From Octopus vulgaris (lineage: Eukaryota), in NCBI GenBank assembly GCA_951406725.2, contig OX597833.1, forward strand, positions 7,626,001 to 7,690,000: a DNA stretch of 64,000 nt. The letters run 5' to 3'. A program made the position numbers and the translations under genes. Under the pieces are notes generated by a model. It ran no database searches and was not told the origin of the DNA. It saw only the letters and a program-made list of their open reading frames with translations. Position 1 is the first letter of the stretch. The number at the start of each line of letters is the position of its first letter. Below, in pieces: positions 28,252-42,470 of the stretch.

Positions 28252-28454
28252 CATACATACGTGTGTATGCATGTATGTATTTATGTATATGGATATAGAC
28301 ATATTGTGGTATATATAACACCTAGAAGAAGAAGGCGCTTCTTTTCCCCTCACCAAAGTGAATGGAGCTTTGCCCAGGAGGTGTCCAACGATCATCAGGT
28401 GTTTCGACCCTGAACCGTGACAGTCTCCCGTTCCTGGATGTATGCATGCTATTG

Positions 28455-28800
28455 CATTGTGTGAAGGTGGTTCACCACAGTTTTCTTTTTTTTTTATCAC
28501 AATCCATTTGCTCCGCCAATTCTCTAGTCGTTTTCGTGAAGAAGTTGCTTCAATCGCTCTTCATCGAACTCAATTGGTCGACCGTTGTGTGATCCGTGCT
28601 TCAGGTCAGAATTCCCACTTTTGAAACGCGAAAACCAACGGCGGGCGTTACTTTGAGCCATTGCTCCTTCTCCATACGCAACTCAAGTCTCACGAGCGGC
28701 TTCGGCGATCTTTACACATCGATTAAATGCAAAAAGCAAATGGTGTCGAAAAGGCTCAGTTTTGTCCGCTTGACGTTCCCTTTCAATGATCTGAAAATAC
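28455..28800 (-). mobile_element. Mariner transposase N-terminal fragment
   Basis: FRHHLLFAFNR...AEAARET*VAYGEGAMAQSNARRWFSRFKSGNSDL...[18 protein letters not shown]; related to the 35-36 kb element. Confidence 0.85.
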
Positions 28801-28954
28801 ACAAAAATCAATAAAATTAAGAAATCAAAACACACCATCCTGTGGAGCAAAGAATTCTCTTTCAAATGGCATAAAACATTTTGCCAATTCATTTTGTTTC
28901 TGTGAGCATTTTTAAATAAAAAAACAAACAAACGCTCATGAATTCTTCCTCAAC

Positions 28955-29053
<99 letters not shown>

Positions 29054-29212
29054 ATGTGTGTATGTATGTATGTATGTATGTATGTATGTATGTATGTATG
29101 TATGTATGTATGTATTGTATGTATAGGGGGAGTTTACGAAAAAAAAGACGAAGACATGTAGTGTACAAAACAAACAGATGCATTAGTATAACGCTCAGGA
29201 ATAGAAAAAAGT

Positions 29213-29248
29213 CTTTTACGTTTCGAGCCTATGCTCTTCTACAGAAAG
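29213..29248 (-). ncRNA. Minimal hammerhead-like motif with variant core, in a PLE-like terminal fragment (about 29125-29300); family copies at 13150-13320 and 15135-15310 (+)
   Basis: CTTT-CTGTAGA-A-GAGC-atag-GCTC-GAAA-CG-TA-AAAG. The 15182-15217 copy reads CTTT-GTGTTGA-AGAAC-gtaa-ACTC-GAAA-CG-TA-AAAG; the 13187-13220 copy has lost the core. Confidence 0.6.
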
Positions 29249-30120
29249 GGACACAGAAAAAACAAGGAGAGAGAAAAATCTGTGTAGTGGTTAACGATCT
29301 ATCATATACTTATACATACATATATGTTATATTATTATATCATATTGTAAATGTATATAGTTGAATATCTTGTTATATACATAAAATGCTTATATATATA
29401 TACACACACACATAAACGTATAAACAAACATACACTCACCCCACACCTGCATAACACACGCACACATACATTTTCACAAAAACATAAATACGCACACATT
29501 CGCTCACATAATATTACTCTATCATGTCACTCTGACTATCAAATACACGCACACACTCACATAATATTCCGCTATTATGTCACTCTGTGGCTATGGTTGA
29601 CTTCACGTCCCTATCTGACATTGTAATCTAAACCCCGCAAAAGCTTACATTTTAAACCCTTTTAAACAGTTGTTATTTCCTTTTTATCCTTATTATTGTT
29701 ATTTTTGTTATTCTCAATGTTGTTGTTATTGTTGTAGTATGAAATTACATTGTGTTAAACCAATGTTTTTTTCTTACGCTATATTATTATTATTGCCAAC
29801 CATTACTTGTTTGTTATTTCATATCTTGTTATGGCTTTTGTTTAACCCTAGGTTTGCACGGATCATTTAGAGCTATTATCAAAGGCGTTCCAACTGCTCC
29901 AACTATCTTATCCCACCCTTTCCCTACTGACTGTATATTGTATAACCAATATCACAATATCTAAGGTGTCCTTCTTATTTATAGATGCAGTGTATTAATT
30001 GACAGCTATTTTCAGCAAGTCAAACCGGCCACAAGGATTTCCCTCTCATATTATTACTTTAACATTACATCAAGTTACATCAATTCACTAATGTAGCTTA
30101 TAATAATAATAATAATAATA

Positions 30121-30190
<70 letters not shown>

Positions 30191-31438
30191 TAATAATAAT
30201 AATATATTTATTTATTTATTTATTTATCTATTTATTAGAGATATTAATTTTAACGTTTAATATATATAGTGGATTATATCAAGTTGTGTTTCCTTTTTGT
30301 TTCATTGTATAGTTTTTATTGATGTTAACGTCTTGTATTAGAATTGATAAATATAGTATAGAGGATGCTTACTTTGTTTCATATTATATTGTAGAATTCT
30401 ACGACGTATGCAATCTATTGCAGATTATTGGAGTGTAATGTGACTAACTACAGAACATTTCAGAGTTTTGTAGAATGCTGTAATTAATAACAGTCTTTGT
30501 AGAGTATATTGACTAATTACAGGAGTATTATTAGTATCCGATAATTAGCTGTATATTGATACTGTAATATATTGATTGGATTTTAGACTAAAACTGAAGA
30601 GTTTTATTGTCGATGTTAAGTTTTTTATTGGTGTTTTAGAATTGTGTTGTCATATTTTGATATTGGAAATATCATTTTAGCATAGAACAGGGGTTCCAAC
30701 TGGGCTAAATTTATCCCCAGGGCTGAATTTGTTGATTCTCGATTTGTACTTTCTGCTTTTTCTTTTTTTCTTTTTCTTTCGCTTTTTTTATAATGTTTTG
30801 TAAAACCTGAAACATTTTATGAGAAAATACTATTTTTTTTTGTACCCATCTGCCACTTCGGATTTAATGATCTCTATTGTAATTATACTCAATCCGTGTG
30901 TTACTAATGGAAATTCCAAAGGATGCGTCTATCTCTGCTATTTCTGTTCATCATTCGTAAATAAGTGAAAGAACATTGTTGAACGCATCTTTCATTGCTA
31001 TTATTGTTATTTGTAATTAAAATAATGTTAAAAAAAACGATACTTTAATTTTGTTTCTTGTTTTATCTTTGTACAGCATGTAAACTTAATTTATCGAATA
31101 AAACAGAGAGTGAGTGTTGAGGGAGAAGTGAATTTACTTTCGAAGTCTCCAAGGAGTTAAAGAGAAACAAAAGAGTCGAGAGACCTCATTTACAGAGACT
31201 TAGAGAGTAATGTTTTTTTTATGAGGAGTATCTATGCTCCGAGTTGCAGATACCCCATTTACATTAAATTTGTATCAAATATTACCATTACAGCGGTAAA
31301 TATATTCGTGTATAAATACATACATATGTACACACATATATATGTATGAACGTATGTGCGTATATATACGTGTTTTTACATGCACTGACGTATTTGTCTA
31401 TTTATATATATATATATATATATACATGGATAGACAAC

Positions 31439-31514
<76 letters not shown>

Positions 31515-32146
31515 ACAATCCCACATGTTGTTCGAAATTGGCCCTATAAAAAAAAACGAAATAAATGACTATTAATTGATAGCTATTGTTTATAAAAATA
31601 ACAATGATTATAAGATAATCTTAATATATAATACAAACCTTGGGACGTCGAATGCGAAAGTGATGAGTTCAGACAACAATACACTCGACTGTAGGAACTA
31701 ATGTTCTACCAAAATATAAAAGCGTTGATTTTACACACACAGGAGACAAGTAAAAGACACGAAAAGTCTTTGCATATTATATTATATTAAAAAAATATGA
31801 TGGTGGCTACAAAAAGAAACACACAGAGAATATAAAGAGAAATAAATTTAAAAAAGAACATAAACGATATGAAGATTTCGAGGGTATATGCAAACTTGCC
31901 AGTAAGTGGTTTTCGTCAGATACAGTGGAGTTGCGTTTTTGAGTAAGTTACAGATGTGCGACGAAACTGTTTCATGCTTCATAATAGACAGTACGAGTAT
32001 GAAATAAAGATATAGTAATTATTCTAAAAAAAAGTTACTGCGCGCTTTTCAGTGGCTCCGATAACTGTTTAACACGATGAAACAATTTTAGTTTTAACAC
32101 AAGCTTTCAGATTTTCAGATCAGGTCCCTCACTAAAACGTTTACAC

Positions 32147-32236
<90 letters not shown>

Positions 32237-32756
32237 GTATATACACACACACACACAGAAATAGATAAGATAAGGGGTAAAGAATCGGCTTTACCTTTTT
32301 TATTCATTTGTGTATCCTAGATGGGATTGACTTGGTTTGACGATAACGAAATGAAGTAATATGTACAGCCCATTATTTATGCCTTTTCTTGTATATAACT
32401 CTGTGAAAATAAACAAACTGGGGAATGTAACCTTGGATTTACTCAGTCAACTGGTGATGGTCTCCAATTTCGGATCTTGCCTTTGGATTACCTGATGTTC
32501 CATACCAATTTGAAAACAGTTTTTAAACTTGGTGCATTTGTATTAACCGAGGGCTTGAGAAGTGCCCTGCCCCGGTTGATGAACCCTAACACACACATAT
32601 ATATGTATGTATGTATATATATATATATATATCATATATTTGAAATCGTTATAAATTTATATGTAGGTGATTAAGTTAAAATATACACACAAACATATTC
32701 AATATATAGTTATTAAAAACGCCATATACATAAATCTACAATATATACAGGTACAT

Positions 32757-32841
<85 letters not shown>

Positions 32842-32872
32842 CATGATGTTAACAGCTATATATATATATACA

Positions 32873-32923
<51 letters not shown>

Positions 32924-32931
32924 ACATATAT

Positions 32932-32964
<33 letters not shown>

Positions 32965-33488
32965 TATATATATCTTATAAATTTCTTTATGGGAAACGTT
33001 TTGAATATGCAGATATATATATATGGATATGAATAGTTATATATTGTCGATGCATATTTTGATATTAATGGCAATGTATTAAAAAGATGTATGTCGATAG
33101 TAATATGCGTATATTATATAAATGATGTATGATATCAATACATACACGCGCATACACACACACACACGTATATATATATACATTCTATATTTTTTATATG
33201 TAACCATATGTATTTAATATTATCCAGATAATAATCTTAAAGCGTGTTTTGCAAAGCTCGTCCACGGTTATCGGTTTCAATGCGATATTATGTCACAGGA
33301 ATTTTCCTTTTACTCGATATACATGTGAAAATTTGTTAGTGGAAGCAGAATGCATAGAAAAAAAATTTTTATACTAGAAGATGGAATGGACAGGCTTTAA
33401 TCTCAATCACAACAATTATGCGTTAGCATAAGCTGTCGGTTTCTCATTGTGTCTCTTATCCATATTATATAAATATCATCTATAGCTT

Positions 33489-33521
<33 letters not shown>

Positions 33522-33703
33522 GAAAATTACAGGAAAGCAAAAGATGATGACAGGTGTATGTATATATATTTGCCAACTAAATGTGGTGGTCCTATAGAGA
33601 ACGGTGTTATTGTTGTTTTTAGCACCAGGAAAACATGCATATGTATATATTTATAAATATATATAAATATGTATATAAATATATATATATATATACATAA
33701 ATA

Positions 33704-33758
<55 letters not shown>

Positions 33759-33933
33759 TATACATATTATGTATATATATATAGATATAGATATTGATAT
33801 AGATAGATATATATACATGCATAAATATGTATACATATATATATGTGTATATATATATACATGTATATATATATATATATATATATTTATATGTTAGCAT
33901 ATATACATGTATATATACATATATATGTGCATA

Positions 33934-33974
<41 letters not shown>

Positions 33975-34379
33975 CACACATATATATGGTTATTTTGAAG
34001 ATTTCAGGTTTTGTGCTTTTAGTAGAAAGGAATATTAAGAAGGAAATAAATATATGAAGCTGTATAGATTATAGATGCTGATCTATATGAACATCTCTAG
34101 CTTATCTCTCTCTATATATCAAGATTAATAGCTACGTATTATATGTAGACGTGTACTGATACCTATATCATGGCTGTATGTATAAATACCTATATATTAG
34201 AGAGGTATGTATATTGATATTTGTGTTTTATCTGTCTATATCTACCTATATACGTGTATGCATATATTATATAGATGCTGTATGTTAATATTAATAGTTA
34301 TATATTACAGGTGTATTGGTATTAGTATCTATATCCGTATGTGTATATATGTACATACACATGCACAAGCACACAAACA

Positions 34380-34436
<57 letters not shown>

Positions 34437-34678
34437 TATACGCATGTTGTATGTTAACATTATTATTCATATATTATGCATGAATGTATATTGATATTAA
34501 AATCTATATATAAATTACATGCGTTGTGCTTTCATATTAATGGTTTCGGCCCACACAATCGCTTCAATTATTGGGTTTTGCTAATACCAAGGACCTCTTT
34601 CGGCTAACAGGCATCCATAACATAGCATAACAGTTAGATAGATAGATTGCATGTATATATGTAATGTATGTAGATATG

Positions 34679-34718
<40 letters not shown>

Positions 34719-34730
34719 GATATGTATGTG

Positions 34731-34794
<64 letters not shown>

Positions 34795-34805
34795 GATATG
34801 TATGT

Positions 34806-34846
<41 letters not shown>

Positions 34847-35002
34847 AGTATTTTGAACTTGAAGTAATTCTAACACAAATAAGATATATGAAGATATGAA
34901 TAATGCAATTTACAAAAATAGATACTTATTAAATAACGAAATTATATATGTGAGTGCTTAAAGAAATATTTATGCGTATATATAAATATATATATATATA
35001 TT

Positions 35003-36206
35003 TTGGGTTGGCAACTAAGTTACCGACGCTTTCTTAAATTTAAATTTTTTTAAAGGTATAATAAAAATTAACTTATTAATCAATAATGTATTCACCCCTG
35101 TTGTTTACGACTTCTTCCCAACGTTCAACAAGATTTTCAATACTTCGTTGGTAGAAATCACCCGATTTCGACTTGAAAGGTTGATCCAACCAAACGAAAC
35201 TCCGCGAATAGCATTTGAAAGAGATCGAAAGAGGTGGAAATCCGTTGGTGCCAAATCAGGAGAGGAGGCAGGTGTGGCAGTACTTCCCAGCCATGTGTTT
35301 GAATGGCTTCCTTGGTCATATTGGCGATATGAGTGCGGGCGTTGTCGAGCAGCAGAAGGACTCCATGCTGCCGATTAGGTCTTTTCTCTTGAATAGCCGT
35401 GTTGAGTCGTTCCATGTTGACCGTTTGGTTCCGTTCAAGCCATTCGTAATGGATAATCCCTTCCCAGTCCCGCCATACATACAGCATCATTTTACGCGGA
35501 TGAAGATATTGTTTCACGCGCGGTGTTGCTTGTTTACCTGGGCTAAGCTATTCCTTACGCTGCTTCATATTGATGTACAGGCACCATTCTTCGTTGCCAT
35601 AACGATTCGGTAAAGAAATCGTTGCTTGTGTCCATGAGTTGAATGGTGACAAGTAAGCAAACCAGCGGAGATTGTGGCTCGTTGATTTTTGTTGTTGTCG
35701 TTTAAAGCATGCGGAACCCATACTCCATACTTCTGAACCTTTCCCATCGAGTGAGGATGCTTCTCTTTAGCAGTGTGGGAGCATTCCATTTTCTTCTCCA
35801 GTTCCCTTGTCGTTTGATGAGAATTTTCGTGCAAAAATTGGTTTAATCGCTCTTCATCGAGCTCAATGAATGAGGTGCGTCTTTGAGGTCAAAATTTCCA
35901 TTTTTGAACTTAGCATACCAATCATGAGCGGTTCTTTCAGCTATGGCACCCTCTCCATACACAGCACAAATGTCGCGAGCAGCTTTTGCGGCCTTAGAAC
36001 CTTGATTGAAAGTAAAAAGAAGGAGGTGTTGAAAATGCTCGTTTTTCTTAAATAGACATTCCATTTCAATGATCTGAAGATAAACAAAAATTAACTGAAA
36101 CTAACTGGAAAAAAAAATAGATTCCAAAATGATTCAAAAATAGAATTCTCGAAAGAAATAGATTCCCAAATTTTAAAAACTGGCGGGAATTTAATTGCCA
36201 GCCCAA
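35003..36206 (-). mobile_element. Near full-length decayed mariner with both TIRs
   Basis: TIRs TTGGGTTGGCAACTAAGT and (rc) TTGGGCTGGCAATTAAAT in TA context. Motifs WYAKFKNGNFDLKDAPH, WVPHAL, MLYVWRDWEGIIHYEWL and LLLDNARTH across frameshifts. Confidence 0.93.
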
Positions 36207-36220
36207 TATATATATATATT

Positions 36221-36402
36221 AATAGAAATGGCAAGACAACAAAAGAATGAAAGAGACCTCGATATTAGAGGAATTTATCTGTAAATAAAATATGTGACAA
36301 TTATTTGGTAGCCATGATAAAACTCCGAGTTTCGGATGTCGGGGCATCCGAAACTCGGAGTTTTATCATGGCTACCGAATAATTGTCACATATTTTATTT
36401 AC

Positions 36403-36407
<5 letters not shown>
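36221..36407. repeat. Near-perfect palindrome (63-bp arms, 36276-36407) in a dispersed repeat inserted in (TA)n; second copy at 45033-45169
   Basis: ...GCCATGATAAAACTCCGAGTTTCGGATG-tcgggg-CATCCGAAACTCGGAGTTTTATCATGGC...; one mismatch. Confidence 0.9.
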
Positions 36408-36450
<43 letters not shown>

Positions 36451-36647
36451 TATACCTAAGTATCTATCTATGTATATATATATGTGTCTGTGTGCGTGTC
36501 TCTGTGTGTCTGTCTATTTATCTTTCTATCTTTCTAAGCATGTATATATGTACACATCTGTGTATAAAGTATGTGTGTGTGCGTGGATGCATGGTTGGAT
36601 AAATTGATGCATTTTACATATACATACATAAAAATATATATATACAC

Positions 36648-37040
36648 TCTTTTTTCCGTTTCAGTCCTGTGACTACGGCCGTGCTGGACCACGGCCTGAA
36701 GGGTTTTAGTCGAACAAATCAACCCCAGGACTTATTCTTTATTAGCCTAGTACTCATTCTATCGGTCACTTTTGCCGAACAGCTAAATCACGGGGACATA
36801 AACACACCATCATCGGTTGTCAAGCGATAGTGGGGGCACAACAACAGACACAAAGACACGCCCATAAATGTACATAAATATATACGACGTTTCTTTTTTT
36901 CAGTTTCCGTCTACCAAATCCACTCACAAAGGCTTTGGTTGGCCCGAGACTATAGTAGAACTCACTGTCCCAAGGTGCTACGAAGTGCGACTGAACCCTG
37001 AAGCATGTGATTGGGAAGCAAGCTTCTTACCACACAGCTA
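36648..37040 (-). mobile_element. SINE family 1, diverged
   Basis: Body and tail similarity. Confidence 0.8.
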
Positions 37041-37084
37041 CACACACACACACATATATATATGTGATATATGTATATATGTGC

Positions 37085-37136
<52 letters not shown>

Positions 37137-37221
37137 ATCCATGTATTTATGCGTGATTTGCGTATATCTGTATGTATACTAACATACATCCATATATACA
37201 ATCAGCTATCCATATATTCAG

Positions 37222-37268
<47 letters not shown>

Positions 37269-37524
37269 CAATCTGCCTGTGCCGGCCCACAGGGCCAGTA
37301 TGTCATCAAGATGTCATTGGTGTTAGCGGGTCATTTAGCGATGTCACAAAACACATCCTAAATGTAAAGATATCTCCCTTAGGACCTGTCTTACTTTTTT
37401 GCCGCCAGATTAATGAAGCTATTAAAAACGGATTCCCAACATGTCAGTGAAAGTGAAACTCTGATAGCGACCACATACAGCTCCCTGGACTCGGTGAATG
37501 TGCCTGTATGTGTGTGTGTGTGTG

Positions 37525-37589
<65 letters not shown>

Positions 37590-37685
37590 GTGGCAGGGGA
37601 TGCGATGCTGGTTGGGAGACACTGCACAGATTTTTATGTACGTACGGATGTATGTATATGCATACATACATATATACATACATAT

Positions 37686-38093
37686 GTGGCTGTGTGGTAA
37701 GTAGCTTGCTTACCAACCACATGTTTCCGGGTTCAATCCCACTGCGTGGTACCTTTGGCATGTGTCTTCTACTATAGCCTCGGGCCGACCAAATCCTTCT
37801 GAGTGGATTTGGGCGATGGAAACTGAAAGAAACCTGTTGTGTGTGTATGTGTGCGCGCGCGCGTGTGTATTTATGTGTGTCTCTGTGTCTGTGTTTGTCC
37901 ACCCTCCATCACTTGACAACCGATGTTGGTATGTTTACAACCCTGTAACTGAGCGGTACGGCAGATAGTGGTTCGCTAGAATAAGTACAAGGCTTACAAA
38001 CAATAAGTTCTGTAGTCGATTTTATTTTCGACCAAATTGCGGTGCTCCAGCATGGCCACAGTCAAATGACTGAAACAAGTAAAAGAGTAAAAG
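37686..38093 (+). mobile_element. SINE family 1
   Basis: Head, body and tail present. Confidence 0.88.
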
Positions 38094-38339
38094 ACAAAAG
38101 GAAAACTGATATTTAACAGAGGCAAAAGAGTGACTCAAGGTGCGAGAGTTTCGTGTGTTACTAGTTATTAAAGTGCCAACGCACGACATTTTCGGACTTT
38201 GAGTCACTCTGTTGCTTCTGCAAAATATTAATAAAAATGTGAATATACCCATATTTTGAGTTTTAGTTTCCCTGTTTGCATCACCATACCTGTATATACG
38301 TATGTGTGTGTGTGTGTGCTGGTTAGCTGTTTATGTAAT

Positions 38340-38373
<34 letters not shown>

Positions 38374-38444
38374 CTATTATACACATATACATACAAATAA
38401 TTAGATAGAGAGACAGAGAGATAAATAGAGAGAGAGAGAGATAA

Positions 38445-38537
<93 letters not shown>

Positions 38538-38539
38538 GA

Positions 38540-39925
38540 TTTATCCGTTAAATTTGTTTTTCTCATTTATTTAAATTTTTCTTTTTCAACAAGTTTAACA
38601 AACAAGTCAATAATATATTTTCCTTCATTGTTCTCGACTTCTTACCAATATTCCACAAACATGTCGATACCTTGACGTAGAAATCACTGGGTCTTGACTC
38701 GAAGAATTCACCAAGCCACGTTTCCAGCTCCGCGGCGTTGTTGCGGAAACGCCTTGCAGACTCTTGGAGAGTGACCGGAAAAGGTGAAAATCTGAAGTCG
38801 CTCTGTCAGGAGAATTCTGTGTGTATGGTAGAACCACCCACCAGAACTCTTGTTTAGCATTTTTGGTCAAACTAGTGATATTAGGGCGAGTATTGTTGTC
38901 TTGAAGAAGCACACCTTGTCAGCGTGCAGGTCGTTTCAGTTGTATCGCCTCATCCGGAGCATTTGCTGGACATTACGCTCTCCATTGACCGTGTGGTTGT
39001 TTTCAAGTATTTCGTAGTGGATTGGCACAGAGCCGTCTTAGTAGCATCATGGGCTCCCGAGCCAATCAATGCAGTGGGGCCTATAGTATTTATTTATTAA
39101 CAAGCCACGACATACATAGATCAGAAGTAGACCCTTGTGAGACACCTGTGAGTCCCCTTGTCTTAAAACGGCGCCGGATTAGCCCATCTTAAGCCCACCA
39201 AATGCAGACCATTGCCTTGTGTGGATGTAGCTCTGGCTTGGTTCCAGCTATTGTTTGCTAGTCGGGACTCAACCGTTCTTTCCTCTGCTTTATTTTGACG
39301 TAAACACACCGATTTCTAATCTTCAGTGACGATGCGGTGAAAAAACCTTTGTATCCATTAGTAACTTGGTGTCAAAGGAGCAAACTAGTGGAGATTGAGA
39401 AACGCTGGAGTTTGTCTCTTGCATCGAAGCCTGTGGCAGCCATGTACCGAGGTTTTTGACTTTATCCACCAAGTGACGGGCGACAGTATGATGGGATCAT
39501 CTTCTCCGCTGAGCCAAATTCCTTGATGGATTTGTGCAAATCCTCATGGATGAGTCTGTTCAATCAATCTACATTGAACTAAACAAGTCTGCTGGAATAA
39601 GAAGAGTCTTTCATATTGAATTTTCCCTCCTTGAAGTGTGAAAACCATTTCTGTGTTGTTGCGTTAGTAAACAGCACGGTTGTCCCGTGCGGCTTTGACA
39701 GTTTCGGAACGGTGACTGGAATCGAAGAGAAGTGAAAGTCAAAACTATTCTTTTGGGGTTTTTTTTTTTCTGTTTGGAACTCATCGGTATTTATCTGGGG
39801 AAAAAAAAGTAAAACTCATTCGGGTTTGAAAAGCAATAAACAAAATTTGTAAAAGATAAATAAAACTACTAAAATCATAAAACATTGCGATAAAGAAACG
39901 AAGGAATTTGTCTGACAGTCCAACA
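38540..39925 (-). mobile_element. Highly decayed mariner, interrupted by an insertion of about 170 bp (about 39023-39190)
   Basis: MVCIWW / IHYEILENNHTVN, LLQDNNTRPN, NSPDRATSDFHLFRSL; the insertion splits WW from IHYE. Confidence 0.8.
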
Positions 39926-39960
39926 GATAGATAGATGGAGAGAGAGAGAGAAAGAGAAAT

Positions 39961-39992
<32 letters not shown>

Positions 39993-40019
39993 GGGGTAGA
40001 TAGGTAGTTAGATAGATAA

Positions 40020-40111
<92 letters not shown>

Positions 40112-40849
40112 GTTTCTTTATTGGCCACACAGGGCTGCACACAGATGGGACAAGTTACAAGGTAGAGCTTTTCTTTTGGGGGAAGATAGATAGATAGATA
40201 GACCGCACAGACATTTCGAAGCCGTGCTTCATCGTGACTACCAAGACATGAAAACAAACGGGTGATACATGGAGAGAGAAAGAATGCGAGGTGATTGGTG
40301 GTGGTGGTGGTGGGGGGGGGGGGGGTCGATGCGACGAGTGAGGGGTGGAGTGTGCAGGGGCTGCTCTGTCCAAACGAGGTCAGTGCTCTCAGCTGTGACT
40401 CTGCTTGACCTTCATGGAGATGGAAATTTAATATTACTTTACCTTTCTCTGACCATTTTTACCACCATGTCTTGGTGGCATCATCACCATCATCATTAGC
40501 ATCATCGTCACCATCACTACTATTACTACTACAATAACTATTACTGCTACCACAACCACCACCACCACCACCACCACCACGTCTACTACTACTACAACTG
40601 CAATAACAGTGTCACCACGGTGCCATAGGACTGTCCAAACAGTGCCACTTAGTAACCATAACATCTAGAGAAACAACAATAACAGGAAGTCACCCACCCC
40701 TTACCTTCCACCCCACCATCATCATCTTCAACAACATCATCACCACAACAATCAACAGCACCACTAGCACCTCAGCTGCCGCCGCTACCATCATCAACAT
40801 CACCACCGCCGACACTATCATCATCATCATCACTACGAAGAATGCCTGG

Positions 40850-41992
40850 AAGCAATTTGTTCGACGCGCTAATGATTCTGCCAGCTCGCCAATAATTTTA
40901 GCTATTATTTCTAATATAGGGACAAGATGGTTCAATTTTAGTGACGGGTAGTGTTATCCATTGAATTCGACCCCATTATATGACTGGTATCATATTTTAT
41001 CCACTACAAATTATTTCTTTTGTAAATAATAAGGATTTTAATTGTAATTAAAATTTGTCCTTAATGCGCGGTCACATACTTGGCTGAGGGGGGGCACCCC
41101 TATATATATATTTCTTTACTACCCACAAGGGGCTAAACATAGAGGGAACAAACAAGGACAGACAGATGGATTAAGTCGATTATATCGACCCCAGTGCGTA
41201 ACTGGTACTTAATTTATCGACCCAGAAAGGATGAAAGGCAAAGTCGACCTCGGCGGAATTTGAACCCAGAACACTTAACGGCAGACGAAATACGGCTACG
41301 CATTTCGCTCAGCATGCTCTATATAATCATATAATCAGTGCTGGATTTACCATTGCGCTTAGGTGTGCTTAAGCACAGGTACCCGTTGGCCAGAGGGGAG
41401 GGGCCTAAAATTTTTTTTATGATGAACTTTTCAAATGTAAACTTTTATATTATATGACACCCCGAATAATATCAATGACACTGGCATTTGGGGTAGTTGT
41501 CCCCCTTAGAATCCTAAAATCTACCCCGATTAAGTAATATTGGTTTCCTATTTTAGCACAAGGTCATCAGTTTCGGGGGAAAGGACTAAGTGGATAACAT
41601 CGACCGCAGTACTCAGCTGGTACTTATTTTGTTGACCCCGAAAGGGATAAAAGGTAAAGTCGACCTCGGCGGAATTTGAACTCAGGATGTAAAGGCGGAA
41701 GAAATGCCGCTAAGTCTTTGGTCCGGCGTGCTAACGGTTCTGCCAGCTCTCCACTTTAACACGAACAATAATATTGGCTTCAAATTTTGGCACAAGGCCA
41801 GCAATTTTGGGGAACGGGTTTGAGTCGATTACATTAACCCCAGTATTCAACTGGTACTTATTTTACCGTCACCGAAAGGATGAGCGACAAATTCTACCAA
41901 GGTGGAATTGAAACTCAGAACGTAAAGACGGACGATTTGCCCCTAAGAATTTTGTCCAACGGGGGGAACGATTCTGTCTGCTCGCCGCCTTT
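40850..41992 (-). mobile_element. Cluster of four SINE family 2 copies or fragments (about 40850-41010, 41108-41318, 41540-41760, 41770-41992); other fragments at 43465-43527 and 50170-50270
   Basis: Repeated AAAGTCGACCTCGGCGGAATTTGAAC, CTGGTACTTA and TTCTGCCAGCTC blocks. Confidence 0.85.
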
Positions 41993-42059
41993 CCCGATTA
42001 GTTAGTTTTAAGATTAGGGTTTTATACTTTCATCGGGTACCTTCATAAAATAAGAGGAT

Positions 42060-42470
42060 CTCTTATTCTAACATTAATCCCAGGTCACACATTTTGGAGA
42101 AATTACCCCATGAAATAACAAAATCTACCCCGATTTAATATTTCTATCAAGACTGCATATTTTAGAGCAGTTACTTCAGTGAAATCATAAAATCCACCCG
42201 GAATAGAAATAGTTAACATTGACGCAAGGCCACACATTTTGGGGAATTACATCCATAAAATGTTAGCCGTTTTAGTACCTTTGATATCGAGACAAGACTA
42301 CGTATTTTCGGGGAGATGTCGCCATGAATTCATAAAATCCACCCCGATTAAATGTTTCTAAAATTACTGCGAGACTATAATTCTGTAGAGTTACATCGAT
42401 GAAATGATATACTCTACCCCGGTTTAGTATTTTTTAATAATGAGGTAAAACTACATCTTTTGTGGTCGTT
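42060..42470. repeat. Degenerate minisatellite, about 6 units of 65-75 bp
   Basis: Recurring CAAG.C.ACA.ATTTT.GGG...ATGAAAT.ATAAAATC.ACCCCG. Confidence 0.65.

Noticed and set aside
29852-29964. Phase-compatible candidate FoxF exon 2 (ccctag|GT TTG CAC..., GLHGSFRA...YHNI*)
   Set aside because: The sequence matches the dispersed family-4 repeat (cf. 11580-11650 reverse complement and 54820-54890) and has no FoxF C-terminal similarity.
31045-31120. Strong-looking splice acceptor (TTTTGTTTCTTGTTTTATCTTTGTACAG)
   Set aside because: It would add only ACKLNLSNKTESEC*, with no FoxF similarity; such tracts are common in AT-rich DNA. Not excluded without RNA data.
40201-40251. DRTDISKPCFIV, resembling the FOXF1 C-terminal DIKPCVM
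   Set aside because: It is preceded by (GATA)n with no polypyrimidine tract or acceptor; likely chance.
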